A stretch of 60,955 bases of DNA, filler included. It is 4 parts of 4 records of this genome, joined end to end, with 100 filler letters (N's around TTAATTAATTAA, not from the genome) between each part and the next. Parts side by side here need not be neighbours in the genome. Positions count along the whole stretch, not along the records: positions 1 to 26,097 come from SRR20825019_2047; positions 26,198 to 38,651 come from SRR20825019_2053; 2 more parts are not named here. One strand, 5' to 3'. The notes beneath the pieces are model-generated. The model was not told the DNA's origin. It did not search any database and was given only the letters and a program-made list of their open reading frames with translations. A program made the position numbers and the translations under genes. Shown piece after piece: positions 21,223 through 33,325 of this stretch; the stretch's first letter is position 1, and each line of letters opens with the position of its first letter.

Positions 21223-21579
21223 ATGCAAAACCGTGTAGAAAGAGTTGCATTTCAAGTTAAAACTATATTAATGGAATCATTATATAACGGTATAATAAGA
21301 GATCCAATAATAAAAGAAGCGTTTTTAACCATAACAAGGGTTGAAATGAGTAAAGATTTAAAAATAGCAAGATGCTATATTGTAACTAGTCAATTTCATA
21401 AGATTGATGATGTAAGTCTTTTTAAATCTTTATCCAAAGCAGCTTCAATTTTAAGAAATATTATCAATAAGGAAATTACACTTAAATATTCTCCTAAACT
21501 AGTTTTTTTTAAGGATGATTGGATTGAAAAACAAGAGAAAGTAGAAAATATCATTAAATCTATGCAACATAAATGTTAA
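21223..21579 (+). CDS. rbfA: ribosome-binding factor A
   Basis: 'TITRVEMSKDLKIA' and 'LKYSPKLVF'; position after infB. Confidence 0.9.
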   Translation: MQNRVERVAFQVKTILMESLYNGIIRDPIIKEAFLTITRVEMSKDLKIARCYIVTSQFHKIDDVSLFKSLSKAASILRNIINKEITLKYSPKLVFFKDDWIEKQEKVENIIKSMQHKC

Positions 21580-22451
21580 ATAGTTTTTGGTTAAATTACA
21601 ACAAGCCTGTAGGTATTTCTTCTATGAAGGCTGTTTCCATGATTAAAAAATTATTTGGTTTTAATAAAGTTGGTCACGCTGGTACGTTAGATCCAGAAGC
21701 TCATGGAGTATTGCCTATTGCAATAGGAGAAGCTAATAAGCTTATTAGATACATTGTTGATGCTGAAAAAGAGTATAAATTTAAAGTGAGGTTTGGAATT
21801 AAAACCACGACAGGTGATAAAGAAGGTGAAATCATAGAAAGAACTAACATAATACCTAAAAAAGAGGATTGCATTAATGTTTGTAAGAATTTTATTGGAA
21901 AAATTGAACAAACACCTCCTATTTATTCTGCTATTAAAATAAATGGAAATAGATCATATAAACTTGCGCGAAAAAATATTGATTTTACTATACCAAAAAG
22001 ACAAATAGAAATATTTGAATTAAAATTACTTGATTATAATGAAGATAAAAAAGAGGCAACATATTATACAAGATGCTCAAAAGGAACTTATATCAGAAGC
22101 CTTGCTGAAGATATAGCTTTCTTCTTGCAAAGTTTAGCTTTTGTGATAGAATTAGAAAGGACTAGGGTGGGATGCTTTGCTAGCACGGATGCTGATTTTT
22201 GTGATAAAAAGCTTCTTGATGTAGTAAAGCTTCAAGATAAGCTTGACTGTATTGCTCGAAATAAGGAGTGCGTACTTGAAAATATTTTTTCTGTAGATAT
22301 AAATGCTAAAGAAGTTCAAAATATTAGACATGGACTCAAAATTCCTTTACAAAGTAAAGATCAGTTTTTATGGATTAAGCATCAAAATCAAGTCATAGCA
22401 ACTGGATATGTTAAAGACAAAGTTTTTAAAATAGAGAGGGTATTTAATTAA
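21573..22451 (+). CDS. truB: tRNA pseudouridine(55) synthase
   Basis: 'KVGHAGTLDP', 'PPIYSAIKING' and 'CSKGTYIRSL'. Confidence 0.96.
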   Translation: MLNSFWLNYNKPVGISSMKAVSMIKKLFGFNKVGHAGTLDPEAHGVLPIAIGEANKLIRYIVDAEKEYKFKVRFGIKTTTGDKEGEIIERTNIIPKKEDCINVCKNFIGKIEQTPPIYSAIKINGNRSYKLARKNIDFTIPKRQIEIFELKLLDYNEDKKEATYYTRCSKGTYIRSLAEDIAFFLQSLAFVIELERTRVGCFASTDADFCDKKLLDVVKLQDKLDCIARNKECVLENIFSVDINAKEVQNIRHGLKIPLQSKDQFLWIKHQNQVIATGYVKDKVFKIERVFN

Positions 22452-22464
22452 AATTAGGTAGTAG

Positions 22465-22725
22465 ATGATAATAGAAAAAAATAAAATAGTTAAAAAATTT
22501 GGTAAAACAGAGCAAGATACTGGTGCTTATGAGGTACAGATTGCTTTAATTACTGAAAGAATTAATAATCTTAAGGAGCATTTTAAGAATAATCACAAAG
22601 ATTTTCATTCAAGAAGAGGCTTACTAATGCTAGTAGGACAAAGAAGAAGATTGCTTAAGAAGCTTAAAGAAGTAGATACTGAAAGATATACAAATATAGT
22701 TAAATCTTTAAAGTTGCGTAAATAA
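22465..22725 (+). CDS. rpsO: 30S ribosomal protein S15
   Basis: '[13 protein letters not shown]' and '[10 protein letters not shown]'. Confidence 0.97.
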   Translation: MIIEKNKIVKKFGKTEQDTGAYEVQIALITERINNLKEHFKNNHKDFHSRRGLLMLVGQRRRLLKKLKEVDTERYTNIVKSLKLRK

Positions 22726-22812
22726 TAGACATATTATTTAATTACATAATGCCTTGTTACGTTTATTAAGGCAAATTCAAATATTAAAACAAAATTATCA
22801 AAAGAGAAACAA

Positions 22813-25095
22813 ATGATTAAAGAAATTAAGAAGCAAATTATACTTGGTGGTGATACACTAACAATAAGTACTGGTAAATATGCAAACATGACAAATTCAA
22901 GTGTTATGGTAAGTATTGGAGATACATCAGTATTATGTACTGTAGCAAGTTCAAATAATTCCAATGAAGATATGAATTTTTTACCTCTTACAGTAAATTA
23001 TAGAGAAATGGCATATGCTGCAGGAAAAATCCCAGGAGGATTTTTTAAAAGAGAAGGTAAAGGTTCAGAAAGAGAAACTTTAATATCAAGATTAATAGAT
23101 AGACCAATTAGGCCTATGTTTAGAAAAGGCTTTTCAGGTGATACCCAAGTAATTTGTACTGTACATTCATATGATGAAAAGCATAATCCTGATATAATTG
23201 CAATGATAGGAGCATCTGCTGCACTTGCTTTATCAGAAATTCCAATGCAAAATATTATATCTGGAGTTAGAGTTGGTAAGGTAGGAGATGAGTTGAAACT
23301 AAACCCATCTTTAGATGAGTTAAAAGAAAGTGAACTTGACCTTGTTGTTGCTGGAACTGATGAATCTATTGTAATGGTTGAGTCTGCAATTAAAGAGCTT
23401 GATATTAATAAAATGCAGGAAGCTTTAGAATTTGCACATAATAATATAAAACCAGTTGTAGAATTAATTAAGGAATTACAAAAAGAAGCTGGTAATAAAA
23501 AATGGGAGATAGAAGAAAGCAAAGAAAGTAATACTTTAAAAAATATTAAAAAAAATTACGAACAAAATATAAATGAAGCTTTAAAAATAAAATCTAAAAA
23601 AGAAAGAGTTGCATTACTTTCAGATATAAAATCAAAAATAATAGAAGATAATAAAGAAGTAGAAGATTTTAATATGCAAGAAGTTGGAACTTCTATAGAC
23701 AGTATTAAATCAGATATATTAAGAGATGCTATTTTACAAGGAAAAAAAAGAATTGACGGAAGAAGTCATACTGAAATTAGAGATATTAATTGTGAGGTAG
23801 GAATATTTTCAAGAACACATGGATCAGCTTTGTTTACAAGAGGTGAAACTCAAGCTTTAGTTGTTACAACTCTTGGTTCTACTGTTGATGAACAAATAGT
23901 TGATGACCTTACTGGAGATGAAAGAGAGCATTTTATGCTACATTATGTCTTCCCTCCATATTCAGTGGGAGAGGTTTCAATGTTAAGAGGTCCAGGCAGA
24001 AGAGAAATAGGACATGGTAAATTAAGCTTAAGAGCTCTTGAGAGCGTTATGCCAAGTAAAGAAGATTTTCCATATACTCAAAGAGTAGTTTCAGAAATTA
24101 TAGCTTGTAACGGTTCTTCATCAATGGCAACAGTTTGCGGAGCTTCATTATCACTGATGAATGCAGGTGTGCCTATTAAATCTCATGTTGCAGGTATTGC
24201 TATGGGATTAATTAAAGAAGATAAAAAACATGTTGTTTTATCAGATATTATGTCAGACGAAGATCAACTTGGAGATATGGATCTTAAAGTTACAGGTACA
24301 AGAAATGGATTAACAGCACTTCAGATGGACATAAAAATTCCTGGAATAACTGCTGATATAATTAAAGAATCCCTAGAATCTGCAAGAAATGGTCTTGATC
24401 ATATTCTTGGTAAAATGGAAGAATGCTTAAAAACTCCTCAAAAATCTTTAAGTGAATATGCTCCTCAAATAAAAGTTATTAAAATCAATACTGATAAAAT
24501 TAAAGACTTAATAGGTCCAGGAGGAAAAATTATTCAAGAAATTAGTGAGTCTACAAATTCTAAAATTGATGTTGATAAAGATGGTCTTGTGAAAATTGCT
24601 ACATCAGGAGGTGAGAAAAATATGCAGCTAGCTATGGAAAAAATCTCTGGAGTAGTTTCAAGTCCAGAACTTGGTAAGATATACGAAGGAAAAGTAGTTA
24701 AAATTATAGAATCAGGTGCATTTGTAAATTATTTTGGAAGTAAAGATGGTTTTGTACATATAAGTGAAGTATCAAATGAAAGAGTTGAAAACATTGATGA
24801 TTATCTTAAAGAAGGAGATGTAGTTAAAGTTAAATTAATAGAGATTGACTTTAAAGGCAAAGCTAAACTTACCCTTCTTTTAGATAAAGAAGTAAGACAA
24901 TCTACTAGAAAACCTTACGAAGGTAGATCTAGAAGAGAAGGTGGTTCTAGAAGAGAAGGTGTATCTCAACAATCTTTTGATGGTAAAAGATCTGGAAGGT
25001 TTAATAAAAAACCAAATAATAAAAATGGTAATACTCTATATGATAAACCTAAAAAGCAATCTGGATTTGAAGCTATAAAAAAGTATTTTAGTTAA
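22813..25095 (+). CDS. pnp: polyribonucleotide nucleotidyltransferase
   Basis: Two RNase PH domains ('SRLIDRPIRP', 'RREIGHG', 'GDMDLKV'), KH and S1 domains. Confidence 0.98.
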   Translation: MIKEIKKQIILGGDTLTISTGKYANMTNSSVMVSIGDTSVLCTVASSNNSNEDMNFLPLTVNYREMAYAAGKIPGGFFKREGKGSERETLISRLIDRPIRPMFRKGFSGDTQVICTVHSYDEKHNPDIIAMIGASAALALSEIPMQNIISGVRVGKVGDELKLNPSLDELKESELDLVVAGTDESIVMVESAIKELDINKMQEALEFAHNNIKPVVELIKELQKEAGNKKWEIEESKESNTLKNIKKNYEQNINEALKIKSKKERVALLSDIKSKIIEDNKEVEDFNMQEVGTSIDSIKSDILRDAILQGKKRIDGRSHTEIRDINCEVGIFSRTHGSALFTRGETQALVVTTLGSTVDEQIVDDLTGDEREHFMLHYVFPPYSVGEVSMLRGPGRREIGHGKLSLRALESVMPSKEDFPYTQRVVSEIIACNGSSSMATVCGASLSLMNAGVPIKSHVAGIAMGLIKEDKKHVVLSDIMSDEDQLGDMDLKVTGTRNGLTALQMDIKIPGITADIIKESLESARNGLDHILGKMEECLKTPQKSLSEYAPQIKVIKINTDKIKDLIGPGGKIIQEISESTNSKIDVDKDGLVKIATSGGEKNMQLAMEKISGVVSSPELGKIYEGKVVKIIESGAFVNYFGSKDGFVHISEVSNERVENIDDYLKEGDVVKVKLIEIDFKGKAKLTLLLDKEVRQSTRKPYEGRSRREGGSRREGVSQQSFDGKRSGRFNKKPNNKNGNTLYDKPKKQSGFEAIKKYFS

Positions 25096-25187
25096 TAACT
25101 TGATTATAAATATAAAATTAAATAATTTTATTATAAAATATTACTATTAAAAATATATTTACTGATTGATTAATTTTTAGATTAAAC

Positions 25188-25856
25188 TTAAAAATCTAGT
25201 TCAAGATAATGTTCAGGAGGATTTATGCCAGGGACATTATCTCTTAAAATATCTTGAAATGAGGGTCTTGATTTTAATAAAAGATACCAGTTTTTAATAA
25301 TGGATGATTTCTCCCAAGGGAATTCATTTAAATAATCTATCAATGAAAAATGAGAAGCTAAAATAAAATCTGCAAATGTGATTTTTTCATCAGCAATTTG
25401 ACTTTTTATATTAATTATATTTTCTAAATAATTAATATGATAATATATATTTTCTTTAGCTATTCTTAAATTTTGAGTATCTGGAGATTCATTTAGTAAT
25501 TTTGCTTTTATTATTTTTTCATCTACAAAAATTTTAGTAACTTCTCTATATAATTTATTATTAGACCAAGAGATTAATCTCCTAATTTCAGAATTTATAT
25601 ATGCATTTTCAGAAAAAAAAGAATTTTTATATGTTTCATTAATATATTCAAGAATGCTATATGCTCCTATTATATTATTATTATCTTTAGTAATAAATAT
25701 AGGAAGTTCTCCAGAAGGACTCAGTTTTAAAAATTCTTCAGTATAATTCCAAAATTCTATTTGTTTTTTTTCAGTAACAATATTTAATTCATTTAAAATC
25801 CACCTTATTTGTCTTGAGAAAGGACATAATGGATGGTGAATAAGTATATTTTCCAC
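25188..25856 (-). CDS. glutathione S-transferase family protein (FzlA-like)
   Basis: 'HHPLCPFSRQIR' N-terminus and 'WYLLLKSRPSF...PPEHYLELDF' C-terminus resemble alphaproteobacterial FzlA-like GSTs. Confidence 0.85.
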   Translation of the reverse strand: MENILIHHPLCPFSRQIRWILNELNIVTEKKQIEFWNYTEEFLKLSPSGELPIFITKDNNNIIGAYSILEYINETYKNSFFSENAYINSEIRRLISWSNNKLYREVTKIFVDEKIIKAKLLNESPDTQNLRIAKENIYYHINYLENIINIKSQIADEKITFADFILASHFSLIDYLNEFPWEKSSIIKNWYLLLKSRPSFQDILRDNVPGINPPEHYLELDF

Positions 25857-25880
25857 GTTTATTAATATTATAATTTATTT

Positions 25881-26097
25881 AGCGGCGACCTATAAGCCGG
25901 ATTCTGTACAATAAAATTGCTACTGCTATTCATCTAGCATACTTGTTACCAAGTATGTCCTGCGACCTACCCGCACAACTTAAAGGCTTAGTAAAAGAAA
26001 CCATATATAGATGCGCTTATTTGGTCTTGCTCCTAGTAGGGTTTACCTTGCATTTTTTGTTACCAAAAAACCGGTGAGCTCTTACCTCACCTTTTCA
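25881..26097 (-). ncRNA. rnpB: RNase P RNA (3' part; truncated at the contig end)
   Basis: The reverse complement contains GGTAAACCC...GGAGCAAGACCAAATA, TAGATGAAT and the universal 3' ACAGAATCCGGCTTATAG. Confidence 0.95.
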
Positions 26098-26197
26098 NNN
26101 NNNNNNNNNNNNNNNNNNNNNNNNNNNNNNNNNNNNNNNNNTTAATTAATTAANNNNNNNNNNNNNNNNNNNNNNNNNNNNNNNNNNNNNNNNNNNN
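26098..26197. other. artificial contig linker
   Basis: N44-TTAATTAATTAA-N44, which places stops in all six frames. Confidence 0.97.
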
Positions 26198-26286
26198 GGC
26201 GGATGGGGTGGGATTCGAACCCACGGTACAGTTTCCTGCACGCCGGTTTTCAAGACCGGTTCCTTCAACCGCTCGGACACCCATCC
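26198..26286 (-). tRNA. tRNA-Ser(TGA)
   Basis: Reverse complement GGATGGGTGTCCGAGCGGTTGAAGGAACCGGTCTTGAAAACCGGC...GGTTCGAATCCCACCCCATCCGCC has a long variable arm and anticodon TGA. Confidence 0.96.
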
Positions 26287-26426
26287 CGCTAGGAGTTTTA
26301 TATCAAACTGATTGTAAATATGCAAGTAATAGTAAATAATATTGGTAAGTTTCTAATATGTTTGTTTAGCTTTGTTGCAACATGATAAGAAGTTTGCTAT
26401 TTTTCAGCTAAATTATAAATTAAATA

Positions 26427-27671
26427 ATGTCTTCAAAAGATTCAGAAATTGTAGTTCTTGATATAGGTAGCAGTAAGATAGCAGGTCTTGTTGCTGTTTA
26501 TAATAAAGATCAAAAAATAAATGTTCTTGCAAATAACATATTTAAATCTAAGGGGTTCCGTTCTGGAAGGGTTATTAACTTAGATGAAGCAGAAGAATCA
26601 GTACTACAAACTATATATTTTTTAGAAAAACAATATGGCAAGAATATATCAAAAGTATCACTAGTTCTATCAGGGGAGGGCGCAAAATCTTATTATATAG
26701 ATCATAAGATTGATATATCAGGTAGTAGAGTTACCTCTATTGATATACAAAATTTACTTACAGGAGCTATTAAAAAGTACCAATCCCAAGTAAGGGAAAT
26801 TATTCATTTTTTCCCGGTAGAATATATAGTTGATAATGATAGATTGGTTCAAGATCCAGATGGTATTTTATGTAAAAGTTTAGGATGTAGAATACATATC
26901 GTAGTTCTTGAGAGGAATATTTTATTAAATTTATCAAGTTGTTTTTCAAAGAGTAATATACAAATAAGTAATTATATCTTAGGCTCATATGCATCAGGTT
27001 TATCATGTATGTCTGAAGATGAGAAAAGTCTTGGGTCTATGATTTTTGACCTTGGAGCTGCCTCAACTGGTTTTACGATTTTTTTAGATAAAGTTCCTGT
27101 ATTTACTTCAACAATATCTCAAGGGGGTAATGATATAACATCTGATATATCGAAAAGATTTTCTATAAGTTTTGAATTAGCTGAAAAGATGAAAATACTA
27201 TATGGTTCAAATCTTGGTATGCAGGGTAAAAATACTATTATAAATTTAGATGGTGAAATTCAAGAAGATATAGATTTAGATGGTAACTCAATTCAAACTG
27301 AAGAATTTATAGAAGTAATACATACAAGGTTTAAAAGAATAATTGAAATTGCAAAGGCAGATTATGACAAACTTGGTATAGATCATTTAGTTTCAAGAAA
27401 AATTATACTAACAGGAGGAGGATCAAGTCTATATGGTGTTAAGGATTTATTTTCAAATATATTTCATAAACAAACAAGAATAGTAGACTCTCAAGTTGAA
27501 ACTTTAGATAAAATGGATAAGAAGTTAAACTTACCTTCTGGTTTTGTGGCTCTAAAAGGGGCTATCTATCATAATATGTTGAGGCCCAAACATAATTATG
27601 AGACTGATGAATCGGGTAAAATAACACAAGTACTTTCAAAAATTGCTACTTGGTTTAAAGGTAATTTGTAA
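26427..27671 (+). CDS. ftsA: cell division protein FtsA
   Basis: 'LDIGSSKI', 'DLGAAST', 'AEKMKILYG', 'LTGGGSSL' and a C-terminal amphipathic helix 'IATWFKGNL'. Confidence 0.95.
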   Translation: MSSKDSEIVVLDIGSSKIAGLVAVYNKDQKINVLANNIFKSKGFRSGRVINLDEAEESVLQTIYFLEKQYGKNISKVSLVLSGEGAKSYYIDHKIDISGSRVTSIDIQNLLTGAIKKYQSQVREIIHFFPVEYIVDNDRLVQDPDGILCKSLGCRIHIVVLERNILLNLSSCFSKSNIQISNYILGSYASGLSCMSEDEKSLGSMIFDLGAASTGFTIFLDKVPVFTSTISQGGNDITSDISKRFSISFELAEKMKILYGSNLGMQGKNTIINLDGEIQEDIDLDGNSIQTEEFIEVIHTRFKRIIEIAKADYDKLGIDHLVSRKIILTGGGSSLYGVKDLFSNIFHKQTRIVDSQVETLDKMDKKLNLPSGFVALKGAIYHNMLRPKHNYETDESGKITQVLSKIATWFKGNL

Positions 27672-27741
27672 AGATTTTTTCTTTATTATAATTAATGATG
27701 ATTATTATAGTTCTATAAAGAAGTTATTATTTAAATTTAAT

Positions 27742-29379
27742 TTATAGTGATAATTCATCATGATGATAAGCTTCTAGATTCTTTTCTATAAAATTCTCAT
27801 ATCTTAATATAAAGCCTTGAAAATTATTATTATAATCTTGTTTATTGTACGTGAATGCACTTATAGCTGAATTTACCAAATGATCTTGGCTTTCTTCGGC
27901 GCCTGCTATATTTCTAGCTATAATAAACAAAATATCATTTGGTAAATCTAGTATGCTTATTTGATCATTTTTTTCTTTTAGTGATGTATTGTGAGATGAG
28001 CTAAATATATTTCTGCATGATATAGAAAAGCTTTTCAATGACATGATATCTATATTTTTATAATATTTAATCATGTCTTTAATATAATCTTTAGAAATTG
28101 GCCATTCATAATATGGATCTAGCATGCAAATATATTTCATACATTCTATTCTGTTATTTTTATCATATCTGTCAAAAATAATTATTCTTTCAAGTTCATT
28201 AAAAATAATTACATCTTGAGCATGAATCATTTTATTTCTAGTTTCTAAATTAGGTGTAAGGTCTATTAAATATTTCATAACATTTATAAGACCTCCTTTA
28301 GCTGCATCTTTAAAAGCAGAATCATTTTGAGCATGAATCATCTTTTCCCTAGTTTCTTGGTTAGGAGTTATATCAACTAAATATTTCATAATATCCAGTA
28401 TACCTTCTTTTGCGGCGTTTCTGAATATTTCGTCATCTTGGGCATGAATCATCTTATTTTTTTGATCTAGGGTTTTAGTAATTTCAATTAAATAATTCAT
28501 GATAATATTTACACTTCCCTTTTTAGCAGCATTTACGAAAGCTCCATCATCTTGAGCATGAATCATTATATTTCTTTCATCTATATCTGGGGTCATATCA
28601 ATTAAATATTCAATAATATCAATATGACATCCGATAGCTGCATTTATGAAAGCTTGATTATGATTTGCATGGATCATTTGATTTCTAGCTTTTAAATTAG
28701 GTGTAAGATCGATTAAATATTTCATAATATCTAAATGTCCCCATCTTGCAGAAAAAATGAAAGCATCATTATTACCTGAGTGAATCATTTTATTTCTAGC
28801 ATCATCATTGTCTTTTGTTAGATCAATTAAATATTTTAATATATCAATATGACCTTCACGTGCAGCATTTCTGAAAGCTAGGTCATTCCTTGAATGTATC
28901 ATTTGATTTATTTCACTTTGATCATTTAATTGATCAATTATATATTTAAGTATATCAATATAGCCTTTGCTTGCAGCATCACAAAAAGCAGAATTATTTT
29001 TAGTATGAATCATTTGCCTGACAGATTCTTGGCTTGGAGCTGTTTCAATTAAATATTTTGCCATATCTAAATGACCATATCTTGTTGCATTTAGGAATGC
29101 TTCACAATTTTTATCTTGAATCAATGCTTTATCATCTTCTATAGAACTAGATAATGTTTGTATGAGTTTCAAAATATCAATATGGCCATATTTTGATGCC
29201 TCAAAAAATATATGCCACTTTGTCAATTTAAGCTTTTTAATTATAAATAGTATATTTTCAGAGGTTAATTCATTATCTGAATCATTTTTTAGAATATTAC
29301 AAAAAAACTCGTATGCTTTCGAACTATCATAAAGATATAGGAAATTTTGATTAATACTATTTAATATGTTTTCAATCAT
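27742..29379 (-). CDS. ankyrin-repeat protein (about 9 repeats of 37-38 aa) with a C-terminal F-box-like motif
   Basis: Repeats 'MIHAQNDxAFxxAAxxGxxDIMKYLIDLTP'; 'ILDLPNDILFIIARNI' near the C-terminus. Confidence 0.85.
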   Translation of the reverse strand: MIENILNSINQNFLYLYDSSKAYEFFCNILKNDSDNELTSENILFIIKKLKLTKWHIFFEASKYGHIDILKLIQTLSSSIEDDKALIQDKNCEAFLNATRYGHLDMAKYLIETAPSQESVRQMIHTKNNSAFCDAASKGYIDILKYIIDQLNDQSEINQMIHSRNDLAFRNAAREGHIDILKYLIDLTKDNDDARNKMIHSGNNDAFIFSARWGHLDIMKYLIDLTPNLKARNQMIHANHNQAFINAAIGCHIDIIEYLIDMTPDIDERNIMIHAQDDGAFVNAAKKGSVNIIMNYLIEITKTLDQKNKMIHAQDDEIFRNAAKEGILDIMKYLVDITPNQETREKMIHAQNDSAFKDAAKGGLINVMKYLIDLTPNLETRNKMIHAQDVIIFNELERIIIFDRYDKNNRIECMKYICMLDPYYEWPISKDYIKDMIKYYKNIDIMSLKSFSISCRNIFSSSHNTSLKEKNDQISILDLPNDILFIIARNIAGAEESQDHLVNSAISAFTYNKQDYNNNFQGFILRYENFIEKNLEAYHHDELSL

Positions 29380-29605
29380 TAATACTAATTCATAGTTATT
29401 ATGATAATTTTAGCATTTATTATTCTACTTATCAATTGATATCAATTTCTAGTTTTTTTAAATACTAGTAATTATAAATTTTTAGATTGTAGAAATTGAG
29501 AGCAACAATGCTCAAGCAGAGAGTTTAATTATAGTGCTAGCATAGAAGATTAATATCAACAATATTATTAAAAATAAAACTATATAATTTTTATTTCTCT
29601 TTTCT

Positions 29606-30493
29606 TTATGTATTTGAGTAAATGGCATAACTTTTAAATTCTGTATCTAATATAATTATTGTAAGAATAGCAAACATATAAAAAATTGAATATTTAAAAA
29701 GATTTTGTAAATCTGTATCATCGTTATTATTTTGATAAGTTCTATAAGATAAAAATAAGAAGAAATATCCAAGAAAGCATGCAAGAATAAAATATATAAT
29801 ACTTTGGTATTTTAGGAAATATGGAGCTAAAGATATAAGTACCATTATAATGGAATAAATAATAATTGATTGCTTAGTAGTTTTTTCTCCATAAATAACT
29901 GGAAGCATAGGTATCTGACATTTTTTATATTCTTCTATTCTAATTATTGATAACGCCCAAAAATGAGGTGGGGTCCATAAGAATATAAATAATGCTAATA
30001 TAAAAGGATAAGCATTAAACTCCATTATATTTGTAGAATAATAACCGATGATAGGTGGCATAGCTCCAGATATGCCACCAATTACAATATTTTGAGATGA
30101 ATTTCTTTTAAGTAACACTGTGTATATATATGCATATATTATTATAGATATTAAAGTTAATATTCCTGCAATATAATTTACAAAAACAGACATAATAGTT
30201 ATTGAAAAAATACCAAGTATAAATGAAAAACTGAGACCATCATCAGGGGATATTCTTTTACAGACTATTGGTCTATTTTGTGTTCTTGTCATCATTAAAT
30301 CTATATCTCGATCATACCACATATTAAAAGCAGCAGCTGAACCAGATGCAAGGCAAATAGATAAAAGGCTTACAAGTGCTATAACAGGATGTATGTCTGA
30401 TGGTGATATAACCATTCCTGCAAAGGCACTATATGCTATAAGCATCATTACTTTAGGTTTAGTGAGTATTAGATAATCCGTAACTGATGACAT
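29606..30493 (-). CDS. ctaB: protoheme IX farnesyltransferase (heme O synthase)
   Basis: 'LTKPKVM', 'NMWYDRDIDLMMTRTQNRP' and 'WTPPHFWAL'. Confidence 0.96.
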   Translation of the reverse strand: MSSVTDYLILTKPKVMMLIAYSAFAGMVISPSDIHPVIALVSLLSICLASGSAAAFNMWYDRDIDLMMTRTQNRPIVCKRISPDDGLSFSFILGIFSITIMSVFVNYIAGILTLISIIIYAYIYTVLLKRNSSQNIVIGGISGAMPPIIGYYSTNIMEFNAYPFILALFIFLWTPPHFWALSIIRIEEYKKCQIPMLPVIYGEKTTKQSIIIYSIIMVLISLAPYFLKYQSIIYFILACFLGYFFLFLSYRTYQNNNDDTDLQNLFKYSIFYMFAILTIIILDTEFKSYAIYSNT

Positions 30494-30572
30494 GTTTTTT
30501 ACCTTTTATAATTATATAGACAATTTATGTTAGATATTTAATATACGAGTATATATATAAATACTAGAAAAT

Positions 30573-32968
<2,396 letters not shown>

Positions 32969-33325
32969 TTTATTATCATTAATTGTAACACCAATTATTT
33001 AATTGAATAAAATATAAGGTTAAACTATTTTTCAAGAACTATTATTATATTATAATAATGTCTTCTAATAATTTAAAATACTGTAATATTTTATCTTAAC
33101 TATAAAAATAATTATAATAAAAATTGTAAAAAAATCTATATATACCAGCATAACATATTTTTAAGAGTATATATATTTATCTTTTAAAAGAGGATTACAA
33201 AAATTTTTTATACGATTATTAGTCCCTTAAAAAATTAGACATAATTTTTATACAGAATTTCTATATTGACACATTACAGTGACAGTAGTATTTTTAAATA
33301 TTATAAGAAGATCTGGATTTGCTTT

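Noticed and set aside
22750-22773. Hairpin TGCCTT...AAGGCA between rpsO and pnp as a novel RNA
   Set aside because: It is a short stem in the position of the usual rpsO terminator or pnp processing structure, so nothing unusual is supportable.
26142-26153. TTAATTAATTAA palindrome as a biological site
   Set aside because: It is identical in all three gaps and centred in N runs, so it is a synthetic all-frame-stop spacer.
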